Part shown: positions 46,201 to 54,000 of the stretch, in pieces | Numbering within the stretch: the stretch's first letter is position 1 | Layout: every line of letters starts with the position of its first letter | DNA from: a virus | Taxonomy: Duplodnaviria > Caudoviricetes | IMG/VR virus record: IMGVR_UViG_3300033273_000409 | Coordinates: 1-60,780 of that record | Length of the DNA: 60,780 nt | Strand: one strand, 5' to 3' | The notes under the pieces: model-generated | The model's database searches: none | Seen by the model: the letters and a program-made list of their open reading frames with translations, nothing else | Told to the model about the DNA's origin: nothing | Program-made: the position numbers and the translations under genes

Positions 46201-46269
46201 GATGGAATGCAAATCTCAACGTATGCACACAACACTGGTGTCGAAGTAAAATCTATTTTTCAGCACTAA
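34243..46269 (+). CDS. gp7: Baseplate wedge initiator gp7 (giant cyanophage form, 4008 aa)
   Basis: QLPEF..YPLFVDF..YY; IKDFYRSKGT; IQDSYFYQDFSYVIRS..HPAGF; located between gp6 and gp8. Confidence 0.85.
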   Translation: MTNISQLVDNQLPEFFVQEYPLFVDFFKQYYRYTEIDNSSSSILKKIQTYQGADFYKDGIILETILASDVSATDTQITLSSDVNKDKAVDKNDVPIFRRFPKEGLLLLKSSNGDEIVQYKSYDKNTGVFSHLKRGAAGTVKLGDLLLESDSYTSTDAVAHSASDTTVTNITHLFLASLFKNLKTQYFSGLPVERLNESVNVPTVLKYIKDFYRSKGTSPAVEFLFRSSFNDEKILVRYPNEQLIKASESTWSIDTIVQGDLVTLKSGYTIDDLSGLVLKQSTYAYDPSIIEASASIERIVAVKSGDRQLYRIFVNSESTTGTFSPINQTLSRVNFSFGQKSLVVDSTVGFPEINGIFYIDGVVDQNGDAVAFTYAEKTGTEFYGIESNALGFTTAQKNTRVYSGNIVSVVEDVTSSMNSAFAEFRPTGVITDFNIVNSGLLLSEGDKFDFVQSGIEGTTPIETSWSQNVPGNEANVNLVSVSGQMDATYLQGNYRVTKGVNGVYDDGDYVYVSSNGFPDVIGSIGNINGGPNALLRPASQRHLKKIPKQLSFAQTLYALPDDNTVAVSVDGVPIISPTGTNEIITNRELVTQGEVTKINVTNGGSGYSAAPRVTISGVGGAAGTATISNGSVIGITITSAGQGYTYRPEITISTGSGAVLQANFGSNNKLGDIQSLDIVNSGSFYTQTPDIEVVDESGRGRGAKFIVENIDPVNGNITSIKKVSGGFDYDQSKTKIYVVSTGTGATAEAEIRSWHRDNYAAYTQFADDANGYPFQGRLPEYNDAYYYVGNPRGYRITKNDNITPSGVELPSDLSHSPIVAWSYDGVPIYGPVGYSDPMDSTSDLKRVESSYYLKENRGVNGPTAVEFTMGTFVEDYEYKPEGNALHKDLDKHNGRFCVTPDFPEGRYCYFLTIHTSDDVNQKNRQDARPRYPYMIGPTYKFNPEDSNFTTESILSSLPSNAIRIRDVNDNVPNFGVNLEATVTAVSSGTVDSVIIENPGNNYSIGTDNYYPRFVAGDKLFVDDTNTEGVGFSGKVASIIAKNDSGSDIGVSSISYSSITGNLDVRKQILNIAPPTFDGTNFQYNKIFESDTIVDTSKTVYNLETAIPCSATDTVLRFREANTSNVNIGDTVGIQSESIYISSAFTNSVQYAYLSVATTQTQDPVSPQTDRGFFCKYEGGKALFDEIYVDSGENSTKIGKILEINTVANVLKVEMYIDPDTQNYYSFPALGTGISNQIQTEPRYSQNVSAIEYVQEVTVVRGYDGSNESKHPSGVKCPTQVPTATIDDYKVRLQFTGADPSLFVPGVYIKGQNSDTTARIELVETISATSGYLYLTDVKEGPNAADVPRFGIYNNGSFNPETINEIGAGVSTTLTESVDGDDTVLKVVNSDLFYVNRYVNVGSELMRITDKQPGQLTVARAQGGTPADDHSVNATVSIANHTATTAGDTYQLTVSLENAQRFSNTSTFNDNNGDSIAIDTVADGKLLGEENTLTIDAQNYDRFALGDIIKIGTEQIRIDSKRTNLLRVTRGFNQTTAINHNHNLSVENVSKYDALVTTNTPHDLIDSDLIEITGDPSLETVQETGIAVRISNGQFEFNSVHTNGNYQQNPSLTLVYGHKYVFDVSDSSNTNTTLGLYSDKDFNNEISVERIGVPGSLNSKVILKNTNRDNTNIYYNNPNALISSLTSRLTFIDDPYNVSLTGVFDLTTTTFKYLVRSRPEGNARGTKTLALQSHRYSGKINRISITDSGDGYQSLPVIKGIYFREEDAFRGTVITDDDGTIQRVDIDFGGTRYISPKVYVIGNGSGASMTADVLDNSVRRITINNGGFGYDKDTQLVLVEEDARTARILPQTKTIGKISAFSIKNPGLDLTSNYTMAPQVRIPTTIQVTNINGEYRKGETAYQGNVNNPSGKGIVESFDTKINVLKLVGVTGRFVDGETVVGYTSSATSNANKVNLSKVSATVGALTTVEGVFTDEFGKMNTASQKIQDSYFYQDFSYVIRSSIPVSDWRQTIKTSTHPAGFVVFGEVIIDSSQSVAMLPVLGEVKCPANDVTSSWKFDTRTEISNTGDTAGALYLRNAFGVQVGDALKYRSTSQDEVISWNATNLAGDQITGRLVHDRIYHVLEITATDQYGTWVKVGQYHPSDKFADVAHNKENYIYNLVPTDISYKHEFRCDSQNPKTLITINVIKKFVEIEDTRAQLGPSLKTIQINKFFQFNRKRGIGSLIVSEGSVAVDLKQIDDLTPTFVEGVKMYDLRSLGTNFIPYNENTLIITLDGVVQEPGKSFSIINDRKLDELEITTTGAGELEFDSWRVTNISTNAGIADIRTVYNDLDFVYIKAESLPSYTTEFSGYTTAPSAQGFIRRFPKKPFAPVQKTRKPLGTFGTFVNGVQIYNVLQGDSYKNGGYWNINHGNWSGNEDTYNGLVDSAGTYFHYNNPIELRRQLSDNISPSGTYTEATSLSHSPILGWAYDGTPIYGPYGYSNPDEVSSIVKIDSSYSKRSIATRNVLPDGTILPDAEVGPPVNSVEFTVTAFVDFTGSTAAFEQDQNILQVNSGTNSDVIAGVSGTVVSYDSTTRLMLLNNVTGTFADGMWIKSQTGWAQINSAPVRYNLGYFAEDYVYIDGSGHLDQYNGRFCVTPEFPEGRYCYFSTIESTTPTYGGANNGAYPYIAGVDMYHRFYEENRLRASELKDKIIFNDPPLKYTDPINGQVNVQRFQGRLFSFVDDNNNQEYTKKYKDISSQFDGNKTTFNLELTHGQALYAPDDAAEANEYAFVCIDGVPQVYGEAYTINEAGNTITFTTPPKRIGKVINMSEVTNISQFADSEIVVGQTTQAQGKVLSRTPSGYEGKGIMKVEVIRGDFQNENIVGQTSNTTGSIKLTGTITTGKDRFLDAANLIEANKELIANEAVDIMLNYTAYTGFSVPGGTQNCVDDVKDVIGAVVNNLRFGGNDYTWDAANLYATGGALQHLVGEEEQSKLVFRWAKDLCILAMQNKLGYNPVDGAGYPTNPVEDRFVDAANLITSNRDFIANEAVQRMLLDPANSGFSVPGGTVNCVDDVKDVLDSMAFNMRYGGNSKVWDSANFYATTDNLLDEEDESIEVFNHARAIAIEVINNIAVTVQGTHGLTQTFDNTITVDAGGCANVQSAITTYIGIITSTISDNTYLNGVTRTSPKAYPITYNGQINPVTDDTIIVDGASYTGSCANIESAIYTLFDIVINTITNPTSLSAITRTSGKGYVEKVGFPQEFFAFANGKYSVLDSFDTSLQDNTTFLLKRSGELIVPTSSLQVIMMVDGVIQEFGKSYVLNEALVEFYEPVRKGSKVVALYWYGKDLEKILQGYNMPLYEPNFIKRNLITGTPITYTDPGGFTTNKLIRSIKPEDVPVFEYLDTSKKVQIDGEAQPRTIFSVSDRDIIQWETDDTESNTYSFDAANINTVFRKVYLDEYTGTAQTSDVIEPGTRVTYNNNGNPDVPGLTGGQQYYVGYRYPERAVLFYNDYQTSLSSDETYSIAIGTSTGVHSITIPSDLYGLRQANITTSDYGGITRGQGADLVARVRWTATVASTASYAVDTLLFAGGETVAKVIQVISPTEVEIQMFPDRAIALNSVVTTDLGGSNPQTVTGRVNGRVVAIEPVQGSFPIGSDYETAPVIIIRPAKNDSGRYARAYSQINRNNQLENCVVTSEGEEYYEVPDVLVSREYDVITPVYPTVKTAGYLNFWTSQNTQISVSTLIDARSEVEVEILRNIDVGLDEPVDDQVITINLEPKILDDFITTPGKTYSYNGAAPFEEDLADAVPATVTSVGLLRLTPTFSLLEEDRFALETSFEIGSLDQFQDLTIGTVSDRYYSSIYKDLNNRVTRYNMSPITSTVDAVATVTSNYSTTDTSLYISSVAGFNRLYVEGTTFWIYPGAEIYNEVSTEMIGRVERIIDSNTWIIQLERGKQLTLGQGLTYAKNTVKVTEVADRYGYVQFAETNRMEVIRYGTVNWTNNSLDGMQISTYAHNTGVEVKSIFQH

Positions 46270-46277
46270 TCACCCAC

Positions 46278-46291
46278 TATAAATATAAATA
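46278..46291 (+). promoter_or_regulatory. T4-type late promoter (two overlapping)
   Basis: TATAAATA at 46278 and 46284. Confidence 0.8.
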
Positions 46292-46328
46292 ATCGAAGGA
46301 CTTAGACCCTTACTCTAGAGATATAACA

Positions 46329-47990
46329 ATGTCAAGCAGCATCATTACTGAACAGTTTAGAGTGCATAATGCCGACAAATTTGTTAAGTCGTTTGATGTC
46401 ACCAACAGTGGCACAAACTCTAACAATATGTACTTCTTTATCGGAAGACATCGTGCATGGTACTCAACCGTAGCAACCAACTCAAACTATGGCACGTCAA
46501 CGACTCCTACCCTAGACGAGGGTAACGTTCCTGTACCATATGATAATAACGACTTCTACAGCGAAGTTTACGATGATATCCTCTCTCTAAAGAAGATTGG
46601 ATTTTCTAACGTAAGAAAGGTTGTTAGAAGATATAATTGGCAGCAAGGTAAGAAATTTACCATGTATCGCCCAAACTACAGTGTACAGAATCAGACTGCG
46701 ACTGGTACGTCAAGTCTATTCGACTCTGAGTTTTATGTAATGAATCCAGATACCTATGAGGTATTCAAAGTTCTAAACAATGGTGTAAGTCCTACCAACC
46801 CCACTGGAACTTCGACTGGTTCAGTTGCTCCAACCGCTGCTGTTGCTGACTCAAATAACATCGTTGATTTTACCTCAACTGATGGTTATGTTTATCAATA
46901 TCTCTATAAGCTAGAGACGAACGATGTTCTCTTCTTCACCACTACTGATTTTATTCCTGTGAAGGACACCAGTTATGCTGGTTCAGTAGTTAATGGAGCA
47001 ATTGATATTGCTCTTCTCAAGAGTGCTGGGTCTGGAATGCCAGTTAGCACAAACCTATATTTCCGTATCTATGGTGACGGTGATGATGCTACTAATGGTT
47101 TCTCTGTACTAAAACTAACCACCGATGCTGGTGGTACTTGTACTGCTGCAGAAATCACCACAAGAGGTAGAAACTACACTTATGGTGTTATTGATCTTAC
47201 TGCATCTGCAACTTATTACGCTTCTGAGGCAGATCTCAGAGAAGGTACATCACCACTGACACTACCAAGCAGTGGATATACTGCACCTGACGTTGAAATT
47301 GTTATTGCTCCTCAGGGTGGACATGGTTCTGATACGGCACTAGAGATGGGTGCTAAGAGAGTCATGCTCAATACTCGCCTTGTTTATGGTAACAGGTCAA
47401 CTGCTGCAGATAAGACATCTGACTTCTATGTCGATCAGGACTTCAGAAGAATTGGAATCGTCAAAGATCCCCTAAACACTTCTGGTGCTGCACTGACCAC
47501 CGATACTGCTAGTGGAACGCATGCGATTATTATTGATACTTCCAGCGGTAGTGGAATCTTCTCTAGGGACGAAGTTATTACTCAAACTTATACAGTTACC
47601 AGAGGTACTGCAAGTTTGACTGTTACTGCAAAGGGTAGAGTTGTTGATTACAACCAATACGATACATCAAATAATCTTGCTATTCTTCGTTATACCCAAG
47701 CACCGAATGACTATGAACTAAGAGATACAGACGGTTCTATTTGGCCATTCTTCACAGCAGCGACTGGTGGCGGAACTGTAAATAACATCAATGGTGCAGC
47801 GTCATCTTCTGACAGACCAATCAATAGAGGTAGTCAAGGTGTTATTGAAAACCAAGGTACGTTTGTGAATGGCATTTGCCCACCTGAGTATGAAAAGTAT
47901 AGTGGTGAAGTTATCTATGTTGAGAACAGAAGAGTCATCACAAGAGCTGCTGACCAAATCGAAGACGTAAAACTCGTTATTGAGTTCTGA
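46329..47990 (+). CDS. gp8: Baseplate wedge subunit gp8
   Basis: IITEQFRVHNA..YFFIGR..RRYNW..DGYVYQYLY..GGHG..YSGEVIYVENR..QIEDVKLVIEF. Confidence 0.9.
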   Translation: MSSSIITEQFRVHNADKFVKSFDVTNSGTNSNNMYFFIGRHRAWYSTVATNSNYGTSTTPTLDEGNVPVPYDNNDFYSEVYDDILSLKKIGFSNVRKVVRRYNWQQGKKFTMYRPNYSVQNQTATGTSSLFDSEFYVMNPDTYEVFKVLNNGVSPTNPTGTSTGSVAPTAAVADSNNIVDFTSTDGYVYQYLYKLETNDVLFFTTTDFIPVKDTSYAGSVVNGAIDIALLKSAGSGMPVSTNLYFRIYGDGDDATNGFSVLKLTTDAGGTCTAAEITTRGRNYTYGVIDLTASATYYASEADLREGTSPLTLPSSGYTAPDVEIVIAPQGGHGSDTALEMGAKRVMLNTRLVYGNRSTAADKTSDFYVDQDFRRIGIVKDPLNTSGAALTTDTASGTHAIIIDTSSGSGIFSRDEVITQTYTVTRGTASLTVTAKGRVVDYNQYDTSNNLAILRYTQAPNDYELRDTDGSIWPFFTAATGGGTVNNINGAASSSDRPINRGSQGVIENQGTFVNGICPPEYEKYSGEVIYVENRRVITRAADQIEDVKLVIEF

Positions 47991-48023
47991 TTCCACTTAT
48001 CTAAGCATCGGGAAGAATAGACA

Positions 48024-51000
48024 ATGCCACAGAGTACTAATTTAAACGTATCTCCTTACTATGACGATTTTGATGTAAATAAAGATTTTTATAGAGTATT
48101 ATTCAGACCTGGATATTCTATTCAGTCAAGAGAACTAACTACTCTACAATCTATTCTCCAAAATCAAGTTGAGAGTATTGGTAAGAATATTGTAAAAGAG
48201 GGGTCCATGGTGGTCCCTGGTGAAGTTTCTTACAACAGCTCATACAATTACATCAAACTTTCAAGTTTCTCCCAAGGATTTGCACTTTCCCAATTTATTG
48301 GGGCAACTCTAACAGGGGAAACTACTGGTGTAACTGCTAAGGTTATTAATACTTCCGATGAAACATCGGATGATGCTGTCACTTTATATGTCAACTACGT
48401 TTCTAGTGGTACATCAAATACTAATAGGGTTTTCCAAGAAGGTGAAATTCTATCTACTGATATTGTCGGCGCTCCAACTGCTGTCGTTGGTATTACTGGC
48501 AGTACAAAACCAACTGTTTATAGACCTGTCGGTTCGAGTGCAGAACTGGCACAAAATTCCGCTGTAGGTAAAGGTTCTGCGGTATTCGTACAAGAAGGCA
48601 TTTACTTTACAAACGGACATTATGTCCGTAATGCTACGCAAACACTTATCATTGATAAGTATTCAACCACACCAACCTGTAGGGTTGGTTTTCTGGTACA
48701 AGAGGAAGTTGTCACTCCAGAAGAAGATGAATCTCTGAATGATAACGCTGCTGGTTATAGCAACTATGCAGCTCCTGGTGGTCATCGTCTAAAGATTACT
48801 CTAACTCTAGCATCTAGAGAAATTGACTCTGTAGTTGAGAGTAACTTTATTGAACTTCTTAGAATTCGCAATGGTATTATTGAAAGAAAGATCGAAAAGA
48901 AAACCTGGTCAGATTTAGAAGAAATTCTCGCCAGAAGAACATACGATGAGTCTGGAGACTATATCGTAAAGAATTATACTGTCGATCTGAAAGAGCATAA
49001 GAACGACGGAGACAATAATGGTTTCTATAGTTTAGATCCCGATGATAATCTATATGATGGTTTGACATCAGAAGAGTCTGATGATTCTATGGTTGCTGCC
49101 ATTAGTCCTGGTAAAGCATATGTTCGTGGTTATGAAATTGAGAACGTTGGAACTAAGTTCAAAACTTTATCAAAATCTAGAGATACTTTTGTAAAAGAAA
49201 AATCTTCACTTACGGTTCCTACAGGATCATTCCTAAACCTTCAGAACGTTTATGGATCTATTGATGTATCAAACGTTTCTACAAGTGGAGTTACTACAGA
49301 AACTTCTGAGCAAGTAATTTTCTATAACTCATTTACAGATAGTTATCTTGGTGATACTAAGATTGGTAGGGGTGATGCACCTCAAACCAGATATCTTGTC
49401 CAAATTGAAAATCTTGCTGCACAAGCAACATATGATTGGACTAGTAGTGTTGTTGGAATGGATTCTGCATCCTACCCATCAGGTGCTTTTGGTGGAACTA
49501 TTAATAAAATCAATAAACTCGGTTATATTGCACCAACAGGAACAATCCAAAATGGTGTAGCGTCAACCGCTGATTGTGATACCTTCTTAGCTTTAGTTAC
49601 TCTTGGTTCAGGATCATTCTTACCAGTTGCTGGTCAGACTATTGAGGATGCAGATGTAAACTTGAACGGTAGTGGAACGGCAAGAGCAATTATTAGAAGA
49701 GTTTGGGAACTACCAGGTAGACCAGTTGGATGTGCTCATCCAAAGTATATGGGACTTTCTAATGGTGTTGTTGATGCCAATGGAAAACTAGCAGGTAATG
49801 AAAATCTAGATTCTGTTTTTAGATTAGGTTTATTTGATACTTCAACGTTTACAACGATCAAATGCTTTGGTACTGCTCCTGTTGGTAACTTTACCAATGG
49901 CATCAAAACTCTTGGAGCAAGACTGACTGGTTCTTCTAGTGGAGCAACTGGTATTGTCGAATCATCATATGATGGTGATGGATATGATGAAGTTTTCCTA
50001 TCAAATGTTAGAGGGACTTTCATTGAAGGTGAGGTTCTCGTAACTGATCCAGATTATGGTAATGATGGTAAGAGAGCACAAGGAACCATCATTAAGAGTG
50101 GAACAATCAAAAAAGTCCATATTACTGATCCTGGAACAGGTTATTCGACATCATCCAATCCTGCAGCAGCAGTAGCACTATCTATCAATGGTGAGCAAGT
50201 AAGAGTAACTAGAACATTAGGTAATGATGTATATGCTTTCCAATTGACTGCAGATACTAATGGTGGTGTTTATGCACTACCTATTGATGACGGTACTAAT
50301 ACTGCTTCTGTATTCCCCAATAAGTGGAGCTACAAGAGTCCTAATGCTACTGTATATACAAAGACTCCTACAGCAACAATTCTTGCTAATACTGGATTTG
50401 TTGCAGCAACTCTTGAGGTTGAACTTTGGGGCGAGACAATTACTACCAATTCAGTTACCGACTTCAAGTCTGTAACCGTTCCTGGTGGCAATAAGTTTAG
50501 TGGTGATGTAGTATCCGATTCTGTAGCATTTACTAATTTAGTTGAGGTATGCCAAGTTTCTGCTGCACCAGGAAATGATTATGTTGAAGTTACTTCTCTA
50601 GACAAAGATCCTCGTATTCTCCTGAATAACAATGATGTAATCAAAGTTGTTGATGATAGTGGAGCGGAAAGAAGATACTTAGTTTACAGAGTAGAGAAGA
50701 GTGATATTCTTTCTAGATCTAGAATTTATATTGCAGGAACTATTACTTCACAAATCACCAATGCACAACTTTATAAAGTAGAGTCACTATTTGGTGGTTT
50801 TGGTCAGAATAGTCTGGTTATCCCAATGCCAGATTCTACTATCAAAACTGTTGCTAGAGATAAGAATAAGACTAAGTTTAGTCTAAAAGCACAGAGACAA
50901 CTTGTATCCACTATTGGTAACGATGGAACAGTGTCTTTCAACCTTAGTGGTGTTGATGAAGACTTCCAAGATTTCTCAGAGCAACGTTTTACTGCAGTTG

Positions 51001-54000
51001 TAGCAGATCCTAGTTCTGCTTCTGGTTTAGAGCAAGGTGATATTATTGATCTTGCTAGATATCAGGTACAGAGAGTATCTGCAACTGCTGGTGTAAACGC
51101 ATCTATTTCTTTCTCTGGATTGCCTGCTGGTTTCTATGGTGGAAAAATTAAGTTGACTGCTGCAGTCATCTTGAATAATGCAAAACCAAGAACTAAAATT
51201 CTTAGAAACGTTCAGGTACAAGTTTCTACTTACAATAAGAAAGATATTATCAGTTTAGGTAAAACTGACGGATTTAGATTGAATGCAGTTTATATGTCTG
51301 CTGACCCAGACGCTGCAGCAACAGTAACTGATATTGATATCAAAGATAGATTCTACTTTGATGATGGTCAAAGAGACAACCTCTATGATATCGCAAGAAT
51401 TATTAGAGGAAAGAATACAGAAGAACCATCAGGACAACTTCTTGTAGATTTTGATTATTTTGATCATACATCAAATGATGGTGATTATTTCTCTGTAGAC
51501 TCTTATATCAATCCAAATAACTTGAGTCTAACCTATGGTGATATTCCAGAATATCGTTCAGAAAAGTATGGAATCATTGATCTTAGAGATGCATTGGATT
51601 TCCGTTTATCTGCAGATACTGGATTTGCAAGCACAAATGTAGGTAAGGTTGCTGGTGCAGAAGACAAGAGAGAAATTGGTGCGCTTACATTCCAATCAAT
51701 CAATAACGTAATTCCAACGCCAGGTGATAGTGTGGAATATGAGTGTGAATTCTATCTAGCAAGAAGAGACAGCATTTATCTATCCAAGAGTGGTGCTTTT
51801 GAAATTGTTAGTGGAAAGCCTTCAACAAATCCACAATATCCAAAACCACTTGATGATGCACTGAGATTATTTGATCTGGACATACCTGCTTATACATTTA
51901 GTCCAAAGGACGTACAAGTACAAACATATAATTACAGACGTTATACAATGTCTGATCTTCGTACTCTTGAGAAGAGAGTTGAGAAGATTGAGTATTATAC
52001 TCAATTGAGTATGCTTGAGCAAGACACCCTAAACACGTCAATCAAAGACGCTGTAACAGGTCTTGATAGATTTAAGAGTGGTATTCTTGTAGATAATTTT
52101 GCTGGGCATAATGTTGGTGATTCACTATCCAATGATTATCGTTGTGCAGTTGATATGCAGTCTCAGCAATTGAGACCAAGACATTTCACTGATCAAATTG
52201 AACTTGAGGAAAGTGTTACTGATGATGCATCTAGAGCATCTCTTGGTTACAGAAGGAGTGGCAGTATTGTTACTCTTGACTTTAGTCCAGAAGAATTTGT
52301 TTCTAACAAGTTTGCTACTAAGACTATCAACCTAAACCCATTCCTACAGTTCCAATATAAAGGTGTGCTGCAAATTTCACCTGAAATGGATGAATGGAAA
52401 GATACTGAGTCAAGACCAGATTTGGTTGTTCAAAATAATGCACTTTTTGACACCATCTCTAACATGGCTGACGAAAGAGGCGTTCTAGGCACCATTTGGA
52501 ACGAGTGGCAGACTTCTTGGAGTGGATCTGAGGTTATTGCTTCTGATCAAACAATTATCGATTCCAGAACTGGTAGACGAGTAATTGGTAGAAGTTCCTC
52601 ACGAACAACTCAAAGAGAAAGAGGTGGTCCAAGGGGAAGAGTTAGAAACAGAACAACAACTCGCACAACGACAACCTTCCAGAACTTCCGCGATGATGAT
52701 ATTTTAACCACCGCTATTACTGCTCGTACAAGAACCAGAACAAGAACTGGAACTCAAAATCAGTTGACTGGTTTTGATACGGTCAATCAGGCATTTGGTA
52801 ATAGAGTTGTTGGGGTAAACTTTATCCCATTCATGAGAACTAGAGCGGTTGGATGGAGAATCACTGGTCTAAAACCAAATACAAGAGTCTATGCATTTTT
52901 TGATGGAATTGATGTTAATGCTTGGGTATGTCCAGACTCCACATACACTGGAGAGCCTGAAAGTTCACCAAAAGGATTTGGTCAACCAATTATTAGTGAT
53001 TCTGAGGGTAGTGTCAGTGGTATCTTTATTGTTCCTAATGGATTCCCACCCATCGATGTTTTTGATGACAATGTTGTAACTGAACTTGCTTCTAGAGGAA
53101 TTGGTGGTGATGATCTAAACAGAAGAAGAGTAAGTCAAAGTTCTTCTACTGCAGATTTCAACAAGCAGAAGTTTACTGGCATTGTAGAAGATATTATCTA
53201 TAATTCTGAAGGGGATTTTAGACAATTTAGAGTTGGTGAAAGTGTTCTTAGATTTACTTCTAGTGCTAAGAATTCTTCAAGAGAAGATGAGGTTGATACT
53301 TTCGCAGAGAAAGAGTATTTTGCAATTGGTCTCATGGAGACTCAAGAAAATACTATTATGTCAACAAGAGTCCCAACCATTGCACAAAGAACTGTAACTG
53401 ATCAAGATACTGCTCAATTTGTTGATGGTGTTAGAACTAACGTTGACACAAGAAGAACCGATACAAATAGATCTACAGCAACTAGTACAAATACTGCAGT
53501 AGGTAACTGGTTTGACCCAGTTGCTCAGACTTTCTTGGTTGAGGGATATAATGAAGGTGTCTTCATGACAGAACTTGATGTCTTCTTCAAGACTAAGAGT
53601 GATGTTACTCCTACTGAGTGCTATCTAACAGAAACTAAGATTGGTACTCCTGGCAAGAAGATCATTCCATTTAGTAATGTACAAGTACAACCAGATACTA
53701 AACTTAGAATTGTTAGTGATTCTGCTATCAGTTTTATTGATGGTGAAAGTGTTGTTGGTGTTACCTCTGGTGCTTCTGGAACGGTCAAAACTGATTTAGA
53801 TATTGCAGGTTTGACTGCTAATACTAACTTCTCAAATAATGTATATACTCTTGTCTTAGATAATCATAACGGCACAGAGTTCTTGGCTGGTGAGGAGATC
53901 AAGATTCAGAGATTCCCAGCACCAACTGCAGTTATTAATATTGCAGAACAATCATATGCTGTCAAGGATGGATTTATGAAGACTGGTGGTACGGGATATA